From Antedon mediterranea (lineage: Eukaryota > Animalia > Echinodermata), in NCBI RefSeq assembly GCF_964355755.1, contig NC_092670.1, forward strand, positions 39,296,388 to 39,360,387: DNA of 64,000 nucleotides, given 5' to 3'. Under the pieces are notes generated by a model. It searched no databases and had not been told where the DNA came from. It was given only the letters and a program-made list of their open reading frames with translations. The position numbers were made by a program, and so were the translations under genes. Each line of letters opens with the position of its first letter. Positions within the stretch are counted from its first letter, which is position 1. Below, in pieces: positions 27,373 through 42,246 of the stretch.

Positions 27373-29274
27373 CAGATATAATCTATTCTATATAGAATCA
27401 GGACATTAAATATGAATTGATTGATAAGTTTAACTCAGACATATAACATTGTATATAATAATAGTTTTCACGACATGTTATTCAGAATAAATACATTTAT
27501 ATTCGTTCAGTCCTATCACTATAATAATAACCCAACAGGTTACCGGATTTTTTTTAAATTTTAGTTAAAATCGGTGTGTGCCTTGAAGTGATATATAATC
27601 TGTAGGTTTTCAGATGATTCATTTTAAAATATCTATTTTTAATTTAACATTTTTTAAATAGTATACTTACGATTGTTTTTCACACTGAAAAGTCACAATT
27701 ATTTATTTGTATATTGTTTATTTTAATACAATTAAATTACAACTATCATTAATGTTAGCATTATTATGTAAAAATATTTCATTAATAATATTGTACCTAC
27801 TGTATAATTAATAATGGTATGGTAACCAAATGACGTCACCAAAACACAGGTCCTACTAAAAGTATGACGAAATACAAATGTGATAGCACCAAACATTTAA
27901 TTTATTTTATGAAAATGTAATATAATGGAGTACTTCAATGATGATCAGCACTAAGTTTTTAAAAAATGTATTTAAATTGTCAGTATATATGGCAATAACA
28001 ACAGTAGTTGTATTCTGGAAAGATGCACAATAGATAGAGAGTTATTAGAACATTGTATAAGCACGGCACTTCAGGTCTACAATCACAAAATAACAAAATA
28101 CAGAGTACAGTATATACAATTGTGAAATTAAAATTCACAAGTTATATTATATCTTTGTGCGTTTTTTTAGTACAATAAAGAAGATAAAAACAATATAGGC
28201 CTAGTCGTCGTACAACACTCGACTCGACAAAGACAATTATCCGTAAGAGGGGGTTATAAACAATAGCTGTTATACACCACATGCACAGTAAGACAAATGC
28301 TCTGACAATCGTTTGCGTCAACTATCCAGTCGTCATAGAGGACGCCCTTTCGATCACTGTGAAAATAGACACAATTTTATTTATATTTTTATTTCAACAA
28401 TATTTTACAAGTGTGGTTCATCCAGCCGAATCTGCTCATCAGGGACTTCAAATAACAAATTATATCAAAATAAATATAATTTATAAAGATTTAAAAAATA
28501 AAATAATGCACAGAATAATTAGAATCAAAAGGGAAGTCAATTAAAACAATGAATTAAATTAAATTGGCCATCTCAGAGAGAAATGACAGGAAATAGGAAG
28601 TAATTAAACAAGGAGAAGATGGTTCCTGAGCAGAAATTTGAAAGAAGAGTAAGATGAAGCAAGACGGAAATGTAAAGGAAAAAAAGAAAACAAAGTTGAA
28701 GTATTGAAGCTAAAAGACTGTTTGAAAAGTTCCAAGTAAAGTCAGGAGATAAGGAGATCACGGTCTGCATGCAGTGAACCAAGAGAACAAAGCCAATCAC
28801 ACTCAGGTTACCAATATCATTCCCTACTGATCATTTTTGTTTATTTTGTCATTTGAACTCGGTTTAATCTTTTATTCCTTATTCAAGTTCAAAATTATTC
28901 ATCAAAATGGTTACTGGCATTATAATAGTAGGTTACTAACCAAAGTAAATAATTGTACTGGTGATCATTGTCACTTTATACGTGAGAGAGCATAGAGAGT
29001 CGGAAGACATATTGAGGAAACACTGTTTCGTACAAAGTGATCGACCATGCATATAATATTAGATAACTTTTAAGCAATTGAAATATGTACAATATAGGTT
29101 TAAATAAACAACGCAATTACAATGCTCGGATTAAAAGGACACAAACCAAGTACATTTGTATGTTATTTCCTGTTCTCAACGTCAGATAGGTTTGAAGCAG
29201 ATTATACAACATAGGGCATATTCAACATTTTTGGAGCAGCTTTTATCTTTAATGATTAGTTTATCAGGAAGAAA

Positions 29275-32200
29275 ATGAACGCAAACATGCTGGCATTGTT
29301 ACATTACATTATGTTAACCCTAACTATAAGTAATGTGTATACAGGTAAGATATTGAACTCGTTTCAAAAGTCGAATCGACCGACAATTGTGCGGGAAACA
29401 TTTCCCCTCATCAATGTGAAGCTTTTTAAAATGGTGCATATATTTATACAAACTTGCACCGGTATTCAATTACGTTAATTATTTGTTTTTTAAATTATCC
29501 GAACATCTGACAGCGTATTATAAATAATACAATAATACAAAGTGCTGTGTTTTAGGTGTGTAAAATATTTATTTATAGCTCTGTCTATACTATCAAAAAT
29601 GTGTGATGTGCCCAAATATGGTAGTGATATGCTTAAATATGGTAGTGATATAAAATCATCGGCACATCACATTTTTTTGTCACATAAAGTTTGATAGACA
29701 GAGTTTAAGCCAGTTAATATGTAGTTCCTTTAGTTTGAGTGTGACAAATTCGGAATCATGAAGCAGCTTTCATCAGGTTGCTGACGACACGATTCTGAAT
29801 TTTGCAAATGTTGGAAAGTATTAAGCTTCTTCTTATTCGTTCAGCCATATTTCTTATCGGTATCTACGTTTTCAATGACAACAAAATAAACATCATTTTT
29901 TGTTCAGCCCCTCCTGTATGGTCAAATTGCCCGTCAGATATCGAACAAAATACAGAACCTAATTCAAATCAAGCGTCGGTCACGTGGACGGTACCAACTG
30001 TAACTGATGATACTACACCACAAGAAGGTCTTGTTACACTCGTAATATACAATCCTGCGTTGGCGATTCAAAATGTATTTTTGGTAGGAACTACAGAGGT
30101 TCGTTATACTGCCACTGATACAGATACGGAGGTTGGCTCATGTTCTTTTATGGTCACTGTCATTGGTGAGTATTGTATTACCATATTATTCCCCAGTTCT
30201 ACACTGATACAATAGGTAATTGGTCTTTTTTAAATAGTGTGCCGTAGATTGTTATTTTTTGTGACCAAATGCTAATACTTCACGCCTACCCTGGCCGCAT
30301 TATTTTTTTTCCTATTAGGAAACTATAGAGGGCCTGAATCCACACACGGAAAACCCTGGAAATTGTTTTCACGCGGTAATCAGCCGCACCTACGTAATAA
30401 TATATCGTAAATACGTAATTAAATTCAGGTTAGTACATATCGCTCTACAAAAATGTTGTACAATTCTGTAAATGCTACTAGAGACATCAAGACGAGTATG
30501 AGTAAGCTCTGAAGTATCAGTTTGTTTGTTGGAAGTCCTCGGTAGTGCGCCTGTGAAGACACTCTTGTGTTTTAAGTTAATGTAATTGTGCTACTTACGC
30601 ATACACATGGAATGTATTGATACGAGCTGTAGAGATGTATTACTTCAAGCTCACAAGTAAAATGAGTGCACCGTGTAGTGTATTAAGCCGTGTGGACGCT
30701 AATTGGAAGTAACGCGCGCGTATAATTTCATTTTTGGCGTAAATTTCTTCAGACGTAAGGCCGTCTGAACATAAAATAGTTTATTGATCAAGCAAAACAA
30801 GAGAATGATCACAGTTGGTCCTAAGCAACCAAGGAAAATGTTCGTTTACTGTTACAATTAAAGAAAATGGATTGTACTTAGATCGCAAGATGCACCGTCG
30901 CAGACTGAGCAAAGAGAAAGTAATTTTATGCAAAATATTAATATGCGCATGCCCAGTATACGGTATTTGTGGTGGATTTAAATTGGCCGCCGAAGATGAT
31001 AGCGTAAACAATGATGAATCAAGATGAGATGATTTCTGATAGACTGCTGATAATCCGTTAGTTTCGTTGCCATAAAACAATCTGTAGAATAGAGCCGAAA
31101 CGATTTCACCTCCTCCTAAAATTCGACCGGTCTGTGAGTAGCACTTTCAATCACAAATGTGATATGCAAGTGACTTTGAGGGTGATAATTTGTGAAAATA
31201 AATAAATTCAACAAATGTTTCTAAAAATTTATGAAAATATAATTATAGCATACTTGAGAAATTGTATGAAAATCAATTAAAGCAATACTGTTATACTCAT
31301 TGTCTACTTCATAATCTTCGTTGTCCAACGGAATTACCAAAGTTATCTATAACATTATTTATAAAATAATTATTTTCGTCTTATAGTCATGTGTACTAAG
31401 CAGTGTAATAATGGTGGAACATGTATGGTAAACAATGGCGTAGAAGAATGCAAATGTCCGACTGATTTTGCGGGTGAAAACTGTGAATGTACGTAATTAA
31501 ACAAAACGTTTAAAAAAATATAAATATAACCTATACTTACACATTTGGATGTATCCATTGACAGTCAAATGCAGCAAAAGGTTCGTTCAAAAGGTGCGTG
31601 AAGGGCGTTTGTTACATTGGAAGGCCAAGCCAAATAACATACATTAATATTTAACTTTATGTATTTTTGTATATTTTATCAGAGAAGAGTGTTCACTCTT
31701 CCCTGATTTTGTTGATATTAATGATGAAGTAAGAGAAGTTATTCTGTTTGGGCTTTTGGTATATTACCCCTGGAAAATTGTCTACTTTTTTAACCGGCCC
31801 AATAACTATTATTATATATGATTTACGACACAATTTTATACAACTTCATTGTTGTCCAAAACGGAATTATAAATTATCGTGTTTTACAGCTCCATTAATT
31901 TCGATAGACGTTGCAATAGGATTGTTCTTTGCCGGCATTGTTATTGGACTCTTCGTTGCCGCTGGCGTCGCATTTACATACAAAATGCCTACAAAGGTAT
32001 GTAAGTTATTCCATGCATGAAGTAAAACAGGTCCGTTATAATTACGTGCGTTTTTAATGAAAAAGATTAGCTCAGCTACAAGCATTTCAGATATAATATT
32101 TTGTTAAATGTACAAATATTAGAAATGTGAAAGAGAAAAAATGAAATGATCAAATAAATATGGTAAAATAAAAATAGAAAATCTGATATAAAAACATTTT

Positions 32201-33248
32201 CAGTAATTATATAGTTACCTGATGATACCAAACCTGGTGAAATGGGTATACAATGAATTATTTTGTTATAATAGCGCGAAAATTGAATAAATGTACCATA
32301 ACCCTCAAATTCAATTACACCATTTTTCTTTTCGTTTTTTTTTTAATTCTTAATTTTTAGTGTACAGAAGAATAGAGATTTTACTGTGTGAAATATTTTT
32401 CTCCATTGATAAGAAACTGTTTTTTTTCTTCATTTTTTTAATCGTGTAAAACAAAAACAAAATGAAATGTGACTTACCGTTCATGCATGGTGCTTTCAAA
32501 TTGCCTTCTTGATGATTCGGGGTTCAACGGCTCCAAAAAACTACGTACACGCAACTGGTTTATAAATCTAATTTTTTTTACGGACAGAGCAAATAATATA
32601 GTTGCATTTTTAATTCACAAATATAGATATTATACTGTATATCTCTATAATAAACATTATAAAAGAAAGTGTTTTCAAACAAATCAAATTTGTTTTTACA
32701 ATTCACTATTCACAGAAGAAACGGGCTGAAACCGGATTTACAAGTGAACAGGATGTAAGTTACTTTACAAAATGTCATAAAAATAAATCCAACTTTTCTT
32801 CTTTTTTTGTTGATTCATCTCTGACTTTGTTAGGATATTATTCTTATTATTTATTTTTTATTTTTTTTTTTTTATATTTATTTATTTATTCATTAACTAC
32901 TTTGAAACATATATATACTTTTTGAATTTTTTTTTGAAAATTTAAATAAAAGCCATCTGAGTGTAAGTTTCTCCAGCATAAGGACATTCTACTTATAAAA
33001 AACTCTCATGTTATTATAATGATGTATCTTATGAAAATAAAATTGTATTGAAATTTACTCTACAACTCTTTATTCTAAACAGTAATTAGACATTCTTTCG
33101 TATTTTCATTTAGGAACGTTCTAATTGCAGGCCACAATTTTTTTTTCAGGCACACACGGACACTGGAGAATTGCATGAATACAAGGCAACCATACAGCCA
33201 ATTCGCATAGACAATGACATGTATATGACTGTAAAAGACACGGTATAA
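29275..33248 (+). CDS. HYR receptor A: SP-HYR-EGF-TM-short tail, ~224 aa
   Basis: Exons 29275-29344, 29908-30165 (HYR), 31387-31488 (EGF CTKQCNNGGTC..CKCPTDFAGENCE), 31890-31996 (TM), 32716-32754, 33150-33248. All GT-AG and phase-compatible. Tail ends at a premature-looking TAA. Confidence 0.78.
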
Positions 33249-35698
33249 GAAAAAAGGAAAGAGAAACTGTGTACATTAATGTAAATAAGTCGAAAAAGAA
33301 ATGAACGTAATTCTGTAAAAGAATTATAATTGTACTATTGTTTTTATTTTAGCATAAAGCATTACGGTTTTGAGCAATCTTTTTTCATTCATTCATTCAA
33401 GTTAACATTTTTTTTTTTAAATAAAATAAAAATCATTTCTTTCAATTTACAAATTTATGACATTAAAACAGACTGGAAAAGAAAGAAGTGGTAATACATT
33501 CCTTTAAGTTTTGAAAGTGGCAAAGTCCTAAAAAGTAACAAGAGAAACTTGTGTTGTAAACAATAACTTGACATACGTTTTATATTATAACTTTTATACA
33601 TAAGTACAGTTTTAAAGCTACATTTCGTCGTCGTTGTTACAGTTTTATTTTACATGTTTCCAGCTTAAGCAGCATAATACTCAGCAGATTATATTCCGGT
33701 GTTTTAAATTTGAATTTAGGAATATTACAACATTCTGAGACAAATATGTATTTTCATGTTTATCCTGGATAGATGGGTCACTGATGGGTCATGGTCATGG
33801 GTCATAGATGGGTCACTGAAATCCGAAAATGACGAATGTTTGTTTGCTCGATGGCCAACAATTAGGGAATACGATGAGGATTATCATTAAACTTTGATTA
33901 ATGAGAATGTGATTGTTTTTCATATTTAATTAATGATCGTTATATTCTTACATCAGGTGTACAGTACAAACTAAAATTAGAACTATAATTGATGTAATTT
34001 TCTAACAATTTTGTTTCAGAATTTAGGTTATCAATTAGAAAATAGTTAATGCATGGTCATTTAGTTTTAGCTTATTATTTTACTTCTCTTTAAAGATATT
34101 AACGCATGTCAGCTATAATAGTAGGTTTCACGACAAAAATTGTTATTTCACGAGAATTCAATCAAAATACATTTTGTCTTTCTTCTGTCTTTGCAAAAGG
34201 TTACCTGATTCAGAAAGATGTATCCCTCCGCCTGATTTAGCAGTAGTAGGCCTACAGTATACTGGATTGTACCTGTCACCTACATGTCTAAAATTTAGGC
34301 CCCAAGTCCGGAAAGATTTCACTTCGGTATTTATTCTTAGACTATCAATGTTATTGTGTTGATATTTGTGTTAGAATTATAATGTTACTGTTTTATTTAG
34401 AATGATATAATTGTACCTATACTGTACTGATAATTGTATTCTTAACTAACTGACGTCACAAAAACACATGGACCCACTAAAGGTAGGTTAAATTAACAGG
34501 AGGAAATACAAATGTGATAGCACCAAACATTTGTAAATGTTAAAACAATTTATATTATGAAAATGTGATAGAATGGAGTACTGCAATGATGATCAGCATT
34601 AAGTTTTTTTTAAGTGTATTTAAATTGTCAGTATGTATGGCAACAACAACAGTCGTTGTATTTTGGAAAGATGCACAATAGATAGAGTTATTTGAACATT
34701 TTATGAGGATATCAGCGCTTAGGTCTACAATCACAACAATGTGCCAAGCTCTTCAAAATAACAAAATACAGAGTAGCCTACAGTATATACAATTGTGAAA
34801 TTGAAATTCACAAGTTAGATTATATCTTTGTGCGTTTTTTAGTACAATAAAGATGATAAAAACAATACAGTCGTCTTAAAACACTCTACTCGAGGAAGAC
34901 AATTATCCGTAAGAGGGGGTTATAAACAATAGTTGTTATATACCACAGTAAGGCAAATGCTCTGACAATCGTTTGCGTCAACAACTATCCAGTCGTCATA
35001 GAGGACGCCCTTTCGATCACAGTGAATACAATTTCTAATTTATTAAATTTTATTTCAACATTATTTTACGACTGTGGTCCGAAGCTGCTCATCAGGGACT
35101 TCACATAACATGAAACAATTAACAATTAAATTAAAATAAATATAATTTATAAAGATTAACAAAATAAAATAATGCACAGAATAATTAGAATCAAAAGGGA
35201 AATCAATTGAAACATTGAATTTAATTAAATTGGTTATATCAGAGAGGAAAGACAGGAAAAAGGATGCAATTAAAACAAAAAGATGGTTCTTGAGAAAAAA
35301 TTTGAAAGAAGAGTAAGTTGAAGCAAGACGGGTCTAAAGGAAGAAACTAAGTTGGAGCATTAAAGCTAAGAGACTGTTTGAAAAGTTCCAAGTCTGGGTA
35401 TAAGGAGAGATCACCGCCTGCATGGAATGAATCAAAAACCATTATCATTACATATTCATCATTTTTTGTGTTTATTTTATCATTTGAACTCGATTTAATC
35501 TTTTTTTCCTTATTCAAGTTCAAAATAGTTTTGCATTCTTTACATTGTAATAGTAGGCTACCATTTAAAATTCTGGATTCATCCTTTAGGCTTCTTCAAT
35601 CCGGTTATACCCATTACCGTGCCTTTCTCATAAATGTAACATCCACACACGCATTTACTATGCTTAATAAACGTTCTAAAACGCTACAATTATTTTAG

Positions 35699-35864
35699 CA
35701 ACAGGACCATGTGGACACTCAAGAATTATGAATACATGGCAACCATAGAACCACTGGGAATAGAAAATACCACACAACATACATATGAGACTATAGAAGA
35801 TACATTTGAAGAAACAAAAGACAAGGAAACAATGTACATTAATGTTAGGTCCAAAAAGAAATAA
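35699..35864 (+). pseudogene. Orphan cytoplasmic-tail exon with frameshift
   Basis: AG acceptor, QQDHVDTQE, a 2-nt deletion relative to paralogs, then YEYMATIEPLGIENTTQHTYETIEDTFEETKDKETMYINVRSKKK*. Confidence 0.7.
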
Positions 35865-36225
35865 AAGTTAGAGTTATGAAAGGTAGTCTGATAATATTAT
35901 ACAAGCTTTTAACAGCAGTGTCATAGAAATCATGTAGCCCTACCATAGGATGCTATAGTCCGGTGATCAAAATTGAAAATGGGAGTACGTAGTTTAATGT
36001 TCATTCAAGTTAGATGTGTCGCTGTCCAACATTTAAAATGTTTTGCTTAATCGAGGAGGGAAAAAATAGTTTTTGGGTTGTTGGTCATATGCTCCTATGA
36101 TTATTCTCATTTAAGCTTGTTAACACTAAATTAATGATCATCAAACTTATTCTTACAAAAGGTTTATATAACTTACACTAAAATTATAAATATAATTGAT
36201 ATTATTATGTTATTACTGAATTTAT

Positions 36226-36321
36226 ATGTATGCAACCATAGCAGACACGAGTGAAGGATCAAAAGAAAAAGAAACGGTTTACATTAATGTTAGCTCGAAA
36301 AGAAAGAAGCAAATGCTGTAA
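36226..36321 (+). pseudogene. Second orphan tail-exon fragment
   Basis: MYATIADTSEGSKEKETVYINVSSKRKKQML*, homologous to the other tails; no clear acceptor. Confidence 0.65.
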
Positions 36322-37096
36322 CAAAATTTAGTTCTCAAATCTCATAAACTTTTCACCATTTGTTTTCGATACCGTATATATTAAGATTTTGAGTAATCAT
36401 TTAAATACTAACTTGGTTTACTATAATTTTTATTTTAAATATATGTGTGTGTGGTACGTGTTGTTGTTTTATCTCGTATATCTCTACATTTTACAACCTG
36501 TAGTTCAAAATTTAAAAGTTTTTTGTTTTCTCGCGGTAGTCAAATATTGAAAGGAAATTCAGTGACGACGTGTACATAGTCTGGGATACATAATCATAGG
36601 TTATCACTTGGACCTAAGAATCGAAAAAACGTTACATTTATGCACAAAGTTTTCGCCCATGCATTAAGATTTTTTTTATGAATTTAACGTAAATGAAATT
36701 AAAACAAATTAACGTCAATCCCACTCAAGTTATCACCTTAATCATGTATTAATAGATTTAATAGATTAATAGAGATGAGTTATTACTCCAAGTTCACAAA
36801 CAAAGTTACTTGCACGTACTTGTCAGATAATAATATCCATCAATATTGAGACTTAACGCTGCGTGTGTCACTCCATAAATAAACCATGTTTTTTTAACTT
36901 ATTGTGAGTTAATTATCATTACATCGTTGATTTAATTCAACGTAAATCAAAACATAACATTACAATACCAATATCAATAGGACATCATAATGTTTTATAT
37001 TATATCCTGTTAAGCGGAAATATATACAGTGCTGTCTAAATTACACTGGAATAGTGTACTACTCGAACGAACGACCATATCAGACGACTATAAATC

Positions 37097-39687
37097 ATGG
37101 TGAATCTGTTACATTACGTTATTATTTCAAGTCTAACTATTGGCAATGTTTATTCAGGTTGGTATTCGTTATTCATTTACCCATAATTTCTTTACCCGTG
37201 TCTAAGGTCCTGTTTCTGCTCTAAAAAAAATAACCGGTTAAATAACGGATAAATGATTCCAAATATATATATATAGATATATATCAAACTGTCAAATTAT
37301 TGAAACAGTGCTAATATTCGGAACATGATCTCATAATCGAGTCGAGCATAGCTCATTGGCGAAAGTTCTGTATTTTTTAGTTGTATGAAAAAATTTCTCC
37401 CGCCGTCTCTGTAATGATGATGGAATTGTCAACCTTATTAGAGTATTATAATTATTATTTTCTTAATTATTAAAAAATGAAGCAGATTATGAGGTTGTGA
37501 ATGGTTGTCCGGTGGATTTCACATTACCAACAGACGACGGCAAACCAGATCGAGTTACCTATTGGATAGAACCAACAGCAACGGATAACTCAGGAAGTGT
37601 TTCTGTCTCTCAGTCACACACAAATGGCTCAACATTTTATCTTGGTAACACTACAGTTACATATAATTTCACATACCGACCAGGAAACATAGCTTTATGT
37701 GAATTCACAGTAACAATTATTGGTAAGATGGTAGCTTCGATGTATTATATTATTTTATTTCGATATCTATATGTCTTGCATTTTATTGACGGTGCAATTC
37801 TTTGAATTGTGATTGCTTATGCCTATGCATATGCAGATTGTAGTGTTTCTTATTTTATTTTTATCTGGACATTGAATTAAAATTTTGTTTAATTATAATA
37901 CTTGTAATAGTATTTGTCATTATGCAATTTTTATATTTCAAGACACTGAAGATCCTATAGTAAGTTGCCCGAGTAACATCGTCGCCAACTCAAATGATGG
38001 CAGTTCTTCGATGACATATACAGCAGCGTCAACTGACAACGTTGGTGTAACTTCTGAAAGTTTTAATATTCCTTCTGGGTCGATCTTTGAATCTGGTGAA
38101 ACTACTGTGATTTTTACGGCGTCAGATTCGTCTGGTAACCAGGCAACCTGTTCGTTCACTGTCACAGTCAAAGGTAGGGTTTGCGCTGGCAAGGTAAACG
38201 GTGTCAACATATACCGTCTACAAAAATGTTGGTGGTGCTACTGTTATAAGGACTACTAAAAGAATGAACTTATTGTAGAAGAGAGAGAGAGTAAGACATT
38301 AAAAAAGCAGCGGTCCGATTTTAGACAAATATAGTAGAACCATGATGCTACAGTTGTCGACGATACACACTACTACACTCACTGGCCTCGCGTTTACACA
38401 AATCCTCTACATTGTTTAATCTGAATATCTAATAGATAATTAAATACCACTTTTCCGTTCAGTAGACCTAATACTGAACAGCACATGATACGTAATTAAC
38501 CAATCAAATGGCAAAGTTCTTGTTTAGGCCTACCTGAGTAATTGCATAATAAAACATTTATTATACTGTAGACGTACCACAATATTAAAACTGTCAACCA
38601 CAACCATTCTTGTGCAACTTTCACATATTTCTTTTTTACAGCTTCTTCAAGTTTGATAACAATAGTATTAGTATGGTTATTTGCCATTTGTATTATTGGA
38701 GTGTTGGTGGTTGTTGCTGGAATTGCATTTAAATGCAAAAAATCTACAAAGGTTTGTCACTATTTGCGTATCATTTGTCTAGAAGTAGACTAGACTAGGC
38801 CTATTCAGAGTTTTTTTAATTCACAATAAGAAAATATATTTGTGAATTCATTAAAAAAAGTATTAAAAATAATTTGTTATCCTCAGAGTAGGTAACGAGG
38901 ATATACTTATTTAAATCATGTTATTAATTTACTTTAAAAACGGTACCTTATCCACATTACGTAACCCTTTTAAAATAAACATCATAATCTTTCTATTTCT
39001 CTTCACACCTCGTTATTTACTGTAACCTTTATTTCAAACATTTTATTACAATGTTCTAAACGGGTTTTTTTTTAGCAAACGCCACAAGTGGAGATTAAAG
39101 ACACGACAACCATAGAGCCATGTGAAATAGACAAAAATAGATCTACGGATTCAAGTTCAAGACAACCTGATGTAAGTTTATAACTTTACTCCACTCGGCC
39201 AGGTTAAACCACTGCGCCCCGCCCACTCAATTACTGAATACAGAATACACGTTTCACCACTCTAGGTTACACAATAAATACTTTCATTTAGATACAATGT
39301 ACAAGCGTCTCAATTGTTTTACTTTGTTGTCCAATGTTCACTTCAAAACAATTGAGGCACACAATCGGTGGAAATTCCATTTATCTTCTCATACAAATTT
39401 GAATTTCCTCCTTATCTCGTCCTTTAATATAATATTATTTATGATTCTTTCGACAATTTTTCGAATTTAATTATGTTCTATCTATAACGCAATTTTTTAA
39501 GCCACGGCCACACACAGCTGCACTGGTGCACATGGAGCCTGAAACTAGAGCATTTCATGAATACATGACAGCCATTCAGCCAGGTGGCTTAGTCAATGCC
39601 ACTTTATATATGACTGTAGAAGACACGGTTGAAGAAACAAAGAAAAGGGAAACGGTTTACATTCATGTTAAGTCGACAAAGAAATGA
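37097..39687 (+). CDS. HYR receptor B: SP-HYR-HYR-TM-tail with two TxYxxV motifs, ~306 aa
   Basis: Exons 37097-37157, 37486-37722 (weak acceptor), 37943-38173, 38642-38751 (TM), 39076-39171, 39502-39687. Open frame throughout; tail ..ATLYMTVEDTVEETKKRETVYIHVKSTKK*. Confidence 0.8.
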
Positions 39688-41329
39688 ACGTAATTCTGTA
39701 AAGAATTATAATTGTACTATTGTTTTTATTTTATAAAGCTAATTCATTCAAGTTAATAACTTTTTTTAATCAAATCAAAATAACAATAAAACACATTTCT
39801 TCAATTTACAAATAATTTATGAAATTAAAACAAACTAGAAAAGAAAGAAGTGGGAATACATTTCTTATAAGTTTTGAAAGTGACAAAGTCCTAAAAGTAA
39901 AATCAAAGGAAAAACCAAGAGAAACTTGTGTTGTAAACAATAACTTGGCATACGTTTTATATTATAACTTTTGTATATAAGTTTTAAAGCTACATTTCGT
40001 CGTCGTTACAGTATATCTCTTCTTTTTATGTTACATGTTTTCAGCTTAGGCAACATAATACTCAGCAGATTATATTCTGGTGTTTTAAATTTGAATTTAG
40101 GAATATTACAACATTCTGAGACAAATATGTTTTTTCATGTTTATCCTGGATAGATGGGTCACTGAAATCCGAAAATGACGAATGTTTGTTTGCTCGATGG
40201 CCGACAATTAGGGAATACGATGAGGATTATCATTGAACTTTGATTAATGAGAATGTGATTGTTTTTCATATTTAATTAATGATCGTCATATTCTTACATC
40301 AGGTGTACAGTACAAACTAAAATTAGAACTATAATTGATGTAAATTTCTTACATTTTTGTTTTAGAATTTAGGTTATCAATTTGAAAATACTTAATGCAT
40401 GGTAATTTAGTTTTAGTTATCTGTATATTATATTTTACTTCTCTTGACAGATATTAACGAGCTATAATAGTAGGTTTCACGACATGTAAAAATTGTTATT
40501 TCACGGGAATTCAATCAAAATACATTTTGTCTTTCTTCTGTCTTTGCAAAAGGTTGTATCCCTCCGCCTGATTTAACAGTAGTAGGCCTACAGTATACTG
40601 GATTTTACCTGTCACCTACATGTCTAAAATGTAGGCCCGAAGTCCGGAAAGATTTCACTTCGGTATATATTCGTAGACTTCCAATGTTATTGTGTTGATA
40701 TTTGTGTTAGAATTATAATGTTACTGTTTTATTTAGAATGATATAATTGTACCTATACTGTACTGATAATTATATTCTTAACCAACTGACGTCACTAAAA
40801 CACATGGCCCAACTAAAAGCAGGTTAAATTAAGGAATTACAAATGTGATAGCACCAAACATTTTTTAATGTTAAAACAATTTATATTATGAAAATGTGCT
40901 ATATAATGGAGTACTACGATCAGCATTAAGTTTTTTAAAAATGTATTTAAATTGTCAGTATGTATGGCAACAACAACATTAGTTATATTTTGGAAAGATG
41001 CATAATAGATAGAGGTATTAGAGGATATCAGCATAGCAATACAATCACAATGATGCACCAAGCTCTCCAAAATAACAAAATACAGAGTATACAGTATAAT
41101 ACAAGTTAAGTTTAGATTATAGCTTTGTGCGTTTTTTTTAGTACAATAAAAAAGATAAAAACAATAATAGTCGTCTTACAACACTCGACTCGAGGAAGAC
41201 AATTGTCCGTAAGAGGGGGTTACAAACAATAGCTGTTATACACCACAGTAAGTCAAATGCTCTGACAATCGTTTGCGTCAACTATCCAGTCGTCATAGAG
41301 AGCGCCCTTTCGAACACAGTGAATACAAT

Positions 41330-41745
41330 TGTTATTTTATTCATTTTTATTTCAACATCATTTTACGAGTGTGGTCCATCCAGCCAAAACTGATCATCAG
41401 AGACTTCACATAACATGAAACAATTAACAATTAAATTAAAATAAATAAAAGTTATAAAGATTAACACAATAAAATAATGCACAGAATGATTAGAATCAAA
41501 AGGGAAATCAATTAGAACATTGAATTAAATTAAATTGGCCATCTCGGAGAGCAAAGACAGGGGATAGGAAGCAATTGAAACAAGAAGATGGTTCTTGAGC
41601 AACAATTTGAAGGACGAGTAAGGTGAAGCAAGACGGAAATCTACAGGAAGACAATTTAAAAAAGTTGGGGCATTGAAGCTAAAAGACTGTTTGAAAGGTT
41701 CCAAGTAAAGTCTGGGTATAAAGAGAGATGACCGCCTGCATGGAA
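41330..41745 (-). mobile_element. 3' fragment of an L2/CR1-group LINE (duplicated at ~28370-28790 and ~35040-35430)
   Basis: Peptide LFIPRLYLEPFKQSFSFNAPTFLNCLPVDFRLASPYSSFKLLLKNHLL followed by an A-rich tail. Confidence 0.7.
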
Positions 41746-42246
41746 TGAATCAAAAACCATTATCATTACATATTCATCATATTTTTTGCGTAGGCCTATA
41801 TTTTATCATTTGAACTCGATTTAATCTTTTTTTTCCTTATTCAAGGTCAAAATTATTCATGAAATAGTTTTGCATTTTTTACATTATAATAGTAGGCTAC
41901 TAATCAAAGTTAAATAATTGTAGCGGTGATCATTGTCACTTTATACGTGAGAGAGCATAGAGAGAGGACAAATATTCAGGAAACACTTTATCGTACAAAG
42001 TGATCAACCATGCATATATAATATTAGGTAACTTTTAAGCAATTTAAATATGTACAATATAAGTTTAAATAAACAACGAAATTTCAATGATCGGATAAAA
42101 AGGACACGAACCATGTATATTATTTGTATACTATTTCCTGTTCTCAACGTCAGATAGGTTTAAAGCTGATTATACAAAATAAGGGCATATTCAACATTTT
42201 TGGAGCAGATTTTATCTTTAATAATTAGTTTGTCATCAGGAAGAAC

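Noticed and set aside
30300-31170. GC-richer intronic segment in gene A with 70-99 aa ORFs
   Set aside because: No recognisable protein. Probably an unclassified transposon remnant, but I could not define termini.
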